Source: Eledone cirrhosa (lineage: Eukaryota). Taken from it: a DNA stretch of 64,000 nucleotides. The stretch is taken from the NCBI GenBank assembly GCA_964016885.1, contig OZ024741.1:201004001-201068000 (forward strand). The letters run 5' to 3'. Position numbers and translations under genes: made by a program. This document shows positions 59,521 through 64,000 of the stretch, one piece after another. The notes under the pieces were generated by a model that was given only the letters and a program-made list of their open reading frames with translations, searched no databases and was not told where the DNA came from. The first letter of the stretch is position 1, and the number at the start of each line of letters is the position of its first letter.

Positions 59521-60507
59521 CACTCCATTTTAATCCAACTTACACACGTCCATTGCATGCAATGTCTATATCAAACAAATAATGAATCACACACCTTGTC
59601 ATGATCATTGACATCTATTTGTGTCGTCAATTTTATCAGTATATTCTAAGGTGGCAGTATAAGACTATTCTTGTCCTAAAGCATCGCCAACAAGAAGAAT
59701 GTGGTTTTGAACGCAGTTTAATATATATCTTTGTCGGTCAGCTTCTATCCGACAGTCTCCTTTAGCATATACTAGGAGAGAATTCCTAAATTCTTTATTA
59801 ATGTAGCATAAATGTTAAAGGCAGTATAGTGCGGAATTCGTTGCAAATGCTACTTTTGCTACGAGCTTAATCCAGCATTGTTCTCTGTGTTAGCGTAATC
59901 TTTGAGATTACTCTAAAAATGTTGCTTCCAGGACCAATGATTAACTTCCCTGCAAAGAAACATTAAATGAAATACATACACAGTGTATTTATTTGAAAAC
60001 ATGGTCACAAAGGAGTTAAGAATAATAGATTTGTCATTTCCATATTTCTAATGAATGACAATACTACGGTTTTTCAAATCGTGTTTTAAATAACCAAGAA
60101 TTGGGATGGATGAGTCAGTAATATTAAGTTAGTGCTTGGAACTTAAAGTCTCTTACATGAAATTATGGGGGGATATTTTTAGATAAATATAAACACTTAA
60201 AAACAACGCTTTTGTATTTTAGAACTGGTGGCGTTTTCAGGCGGTTTGGAATCAAAATGGTTAAAGATTTTAAATATCTTCTTTAGTCGGTTTTTCTATT
60301 GCTACTTCATATCTGGTACTGGTCGCATTTCTTCCTTGCAGTTCTTTATTCATATGTCGGAGATTTGCAATAATGTAGCTATTTTCCTGTACTGTGCTTG
60401 AGTAATATTCAAGTGATGAAACTATAGTAGAATATTATTTCTGATGTTCAGCTTCGTTGATTATATATATATATATATATATATATTACTTTATTATGTG
60501 TTCCAGT

Positions 60508-60685
60508 GGATTGGCAGTATCAGTAGAGAGTCGGACGCCATGCTTTCCAGCATAGTTACGTCCCTTTACGGTCTGTGTTCAAATCCCACCGAGGTTAACT
60601 TTGCCTTTCATCCTTACGAGGTCGATAAAATAAAGTACCAGTAATGTACTGGGTAATTGCTGGCCTTGTGCCAAAAGTAGAAATA
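60508..60685 (+). mobile_element. Young tRNA-SINE with 15-bp TSD
   Basis: attatgtgttccagt at 60493-60507 and 60686-60700. Confidence 0.9.
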
Positions 60686-60768
60686 ATTATGTGTTCCAGT
60701 CGAGAGGCTGCGGCCATGCTGGTGCACCGATATTATTATTATTGAGTCTGTGGATTATTATTATTATT

Positions 60769-60960
60769 GAGGCGGTGGATTTGCAGTATCGGTAGAGGAT
60801 CGGACGCCATGCTTTGTAGCAAAGAGTTACGGCCCTTTATGATCTGAGTTCAAATCCCGCCGAGGTTAACTTTGCCTTTCACCCTTATGGGTCGATAAAA
60901 TAAAGCACCAGTAATACACTGGGATAATTGCTGGCCTTGTGTCAAAAGTAGAAACAATTA
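60769..60960 (+). mobile_element. Young tRNA-SINE in (ATT)n
   Basis: Full-length copy flanked by attattattattgag. Confidence 0.88.
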
Positions 60961-61019
60961 TTATTATTGAGTCTCAGTCAATGCTGTTATTTAATTGGAA
61001 AGTTTGTTCAAATGAACAT

Positions 61020-61528
61020 CAAGCCGCTACCGGCAGCCTTAGATATTGAGGACATATCGGAGGGTTCTTGCTGTTCCCAGCAAACATGCCTTTTGAAGTG
61101 TTCCAAAAGAAGGGCCTGGACTAATGTTCTTTAAAACTCTTTGAGATAGTACCTAGTGCTCCTATGACAATCGGGACGACCTTGATCTCATGACAGTCCA
61201 AAATTCTTTTAAATTCTCATTTTAAATCCTGGTATTGGTTAATTTTCTCCTTTTCCGTTTCTTGCACTCTTGTCAAATCTTTTTTCCTTGTCAAAACCAC
61301 CAGGTGTTCTAATTTCCTGTCTGTCTGAATCCTGAAATACCATAGCACCTTCACTCGATCGTTTTCTATCACCGATTCTGACTTATGCTCATACCACTTC
61401 TCAGAATGTGGTAAATTATTTAGTTTGCATAAATGCCAGTGAATCATCTTTCCTATTATATCGTGCCTCCATCCTTTGTAGTGAGTCTGGGCTAAGTGTT
61501 TACATTCGGATACGATGTGAGCCACAGT

Positions 61529-61610
<82 letters not shown>

Positions 61611-62285
61611 CAGATCCTACACACTGAGCTAGCCTCCTCCTTGTCAATATGGTGTTTCACCAACTTCGTTCTGAGGGCTTGCTCCTGTGCAGCCCGTAGC
61701 ACTCACCCTGTAGCTTTTTTAAGGTCTCCTCCTTTTAACCAGTTCCATGTCTGTGGATCTCTGAATTCTGTTTTCTTAAAAAAAGGTACTATGAAGGGAT
61801 TTTTCATGAAGGTTGCTCTTCCTCCTCGTTGTTATTTCCTCCTTGGACATCCCCTGGTCTATTGTCTTCTCCTTCAGTACAACTTTGAGCATTGGCTCCC
61901 TACTCTCAGACACATATTTGTGCAGACTGCTCTTCTCCATCTGAACACAGTCCTCTACGCTGATAAGACCTCTTCCACCTTCAGATCTCTTTACGTAGAA
62001 TCTATCAACATCATTCCTCTTGTGGAACATGCTGTAAGTAGTCATTAGCTTCCTAGTCTTTCTATCCATTTCTTTTTGTTCAGTAACATTCCATTTAAGA
62101 ATTCCCGTACTGTACCTAATAATAGATACAGCTCGGGAATTTACTGCACTTATGACATTCCTACTATTTAGATGTGATTTTAGTATGTTCCTTACTCTCC
62201 TTATGTATTCAGATCTTATCAACTACTTCAGTTTATTGTTCTTCATGTCTCCAGAACACCCAAATACCTGTATCCCTCTTCAGTG
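61020..62285 (-). pseudogene. Dong/R4-like non-LTR retrotransposon 3' part (RT thumb, CCHC finger, RLE)
   Basis: YVKRSEGGRGL; AAQEQALRT; CRICG..TVAHIVSEC..RHD; W.FRIQTD; (GA)n inserted at about 61534-61607. Confidence 0.85.
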
Positions 62286-62319
62286 TCGATTATTATTATT
62301 ACTATTATTATTATTGTTG

Positions 62320-63340
62320 TGTTATTTCGTTTAGCTCTGTTCTGTTTCTCTATTGCTGGGTTCAGGCCTTGAACCTAGGGCATTAGATGTTTTCATTGTA
62401 GAGAGAGAACTCGTCTGAGAATGTGTGCTGTTCCTTGTAGCCCGATCTTCTGTAGCTCATATTTGCTGAGCTTGTAGGGAAGGATGCTAGGTGCAGATCT
62501 GAGAACTTGGGTATTAATCCTAATGCTCCTATTACCACAGGGATAGCGTTTGTGGTCATCCTCCACATGCTGTTGATCTCTATTTCCAGGTCTTTGTATT
62601 CTGACAGTTTTTCCATTGTTTTTACAGATGTATTCTTGTCAGCTGGTATGGAAATATGTATAAGGCTACATGTCCGATCTGTTTTGCTTTTTATGATATC
62701 TGATCTGTTGGCAGCAATTTCTAGGTCGGTTATCACAGGCATATCCCACAAGATGGATACGTCGCCTTTTTCCATGACTGTTTTTGGTTGATGTTCATAC
62801 CATTTGTTAGAAGTTTGGATGTTATGAGAGCAGCAGAGCATCCAGTCCACATATTTGGCAATGCAGTTGTGTCTTTCTATATAGTCAGTTTTTTTCCATG
62901 TCTGGACACCCGGAGATAACATGATTTACCGTTCTTCATATTTGTAGCATATTCTGCATAGAGGGCTAGTCTAATCTTTCACTATTCTGTGTCTATAGGC
63001 CTGAGTGTTTAGAGATTGATCTTGTGCAGCAGCTATGAGTCCCCCAGTCTCTGCTTTCAAACCAGCACTTCTGAGCCAGGAAAAAGACCCATGCTGGTCG
63101 ATATCATTGTCAGAAACTCGTTCTGGGAATCTACCATGTAGTGGCTTTGCCTTCCATTCACGGTATAGTTCCTTTGTGTGGAGTTTCTTTGCTTTGATCT
63201 TCAGTCATAGCTAGCTGTGCAGCACTCTGTTGTTGATTTTCTATGAGTATTTCTTGTTCCATGTTCAGTTTTTGTCTAAATTTTCTTGCCTCTTTTGTTA
63301 TTGAATGTAGTTACTTAATTTGTTCATACGCGAAATGCAA
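62320..63340 (-). pseudogene. Second, divergent Dong/R4-like 3' part
   Basis: AAQDQSLNT; RHNCIAKYV; WDMPVITD...NRSDI; EKLSEYKDLEIE; IPVVIGALG; ends at a (TAA)n-like run 62290-62316. Confidence 0.85.
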
Positions 63341-64000
63341 GTACCCAATATCCGTGAACCAATGGTTAAAAATCTACCACCCGAGAGCAAGAGGCAAAAT
63401 TATAGAACTTTTGAAAATTATATTTCACAAAACATATAGCAAATATTTGCTGTAATATTCGACAAGAAAATCAAATAAAATGACTTCATCAAATAACATT
63501 TTAACAATAAATATAAACAATATTTAATCAATATACTACACCAATGAACATAATACAATACCACAATAGCATGTCAGTTTTACTTGTCTCTTTAAATGTA
63601 ACATCCTTAATGAAAGATAAACCCAACACTATGTATTAGATATCGTAAATTTAATTAACAAAATGATACAAGTAGCATGGACTAGATTGCTTTTAAAAAG
63701 TGCTTCTTCGCATGCTTATATGCTTCCCCTCTCACACATATACTTATAGAACATTAGCAGGCATAATTATTGGTGAATTGCATGTGTTTGTAACTGTTTT
63801 TATTTATATTTTAGGTTGTTAGACATTAGGTTTAGCTGCTTAAAGAATACCTAGCGCTAAAAGATGATATGATTTTGGCAGGAACTTCATAGACGTCAAA
63901 ATTAGATATTCTTGTAATCTAAACCAGTTATTGAAATGAATGTACTAAAAGTTTATCTCCAGAGAAAACTCTGAAAAACAAGAAAAGTAAAACAAATAAT

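Overview
AT-rich, microsatellite-saturated eukaryotic non-coding DNA. The SINE families and (TA)n/(CA)n density suggest an octopus or other cephalopod; this is an inference. No intact host protein-coding gene could be supported, and nearly all ORF-track entries are dinucleotide-repeat artefacts. The window holds decayed retroelements (RTE-group, Dong/R4-like and CRE-like LINE pieces, many tRNA-derived SINEs), a decayed mariner, MITEs and a 29-bp x18 minisatellite. The main signal is about 20 type-I hammerhead ribozyme motifs read by eye, plus several 3'-half motifs. They belong to about 10 sequence-distinct short elements (labelled A-L here), sit in (TA)n tracts, and many occur as fold-back (inverted) pairs. 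Family B lies directly 3' of a Penelope-like element (Nematis-type GIY-YIG) ORF remnant at 24202-24834, which ties that family to a PLE pseudo-LTR; the same origin is inferred for the rest. Notable sub-features are non-canonical cores (U3-A8 swap; U.U at the base of stem II), palindromic helix III and a shared GAGTRC tail motif. The inverted arms end at an internal TA, and a 419-bp tandem unit carries hammerheads on both strands. All structures were folded by hand and none has been tested.
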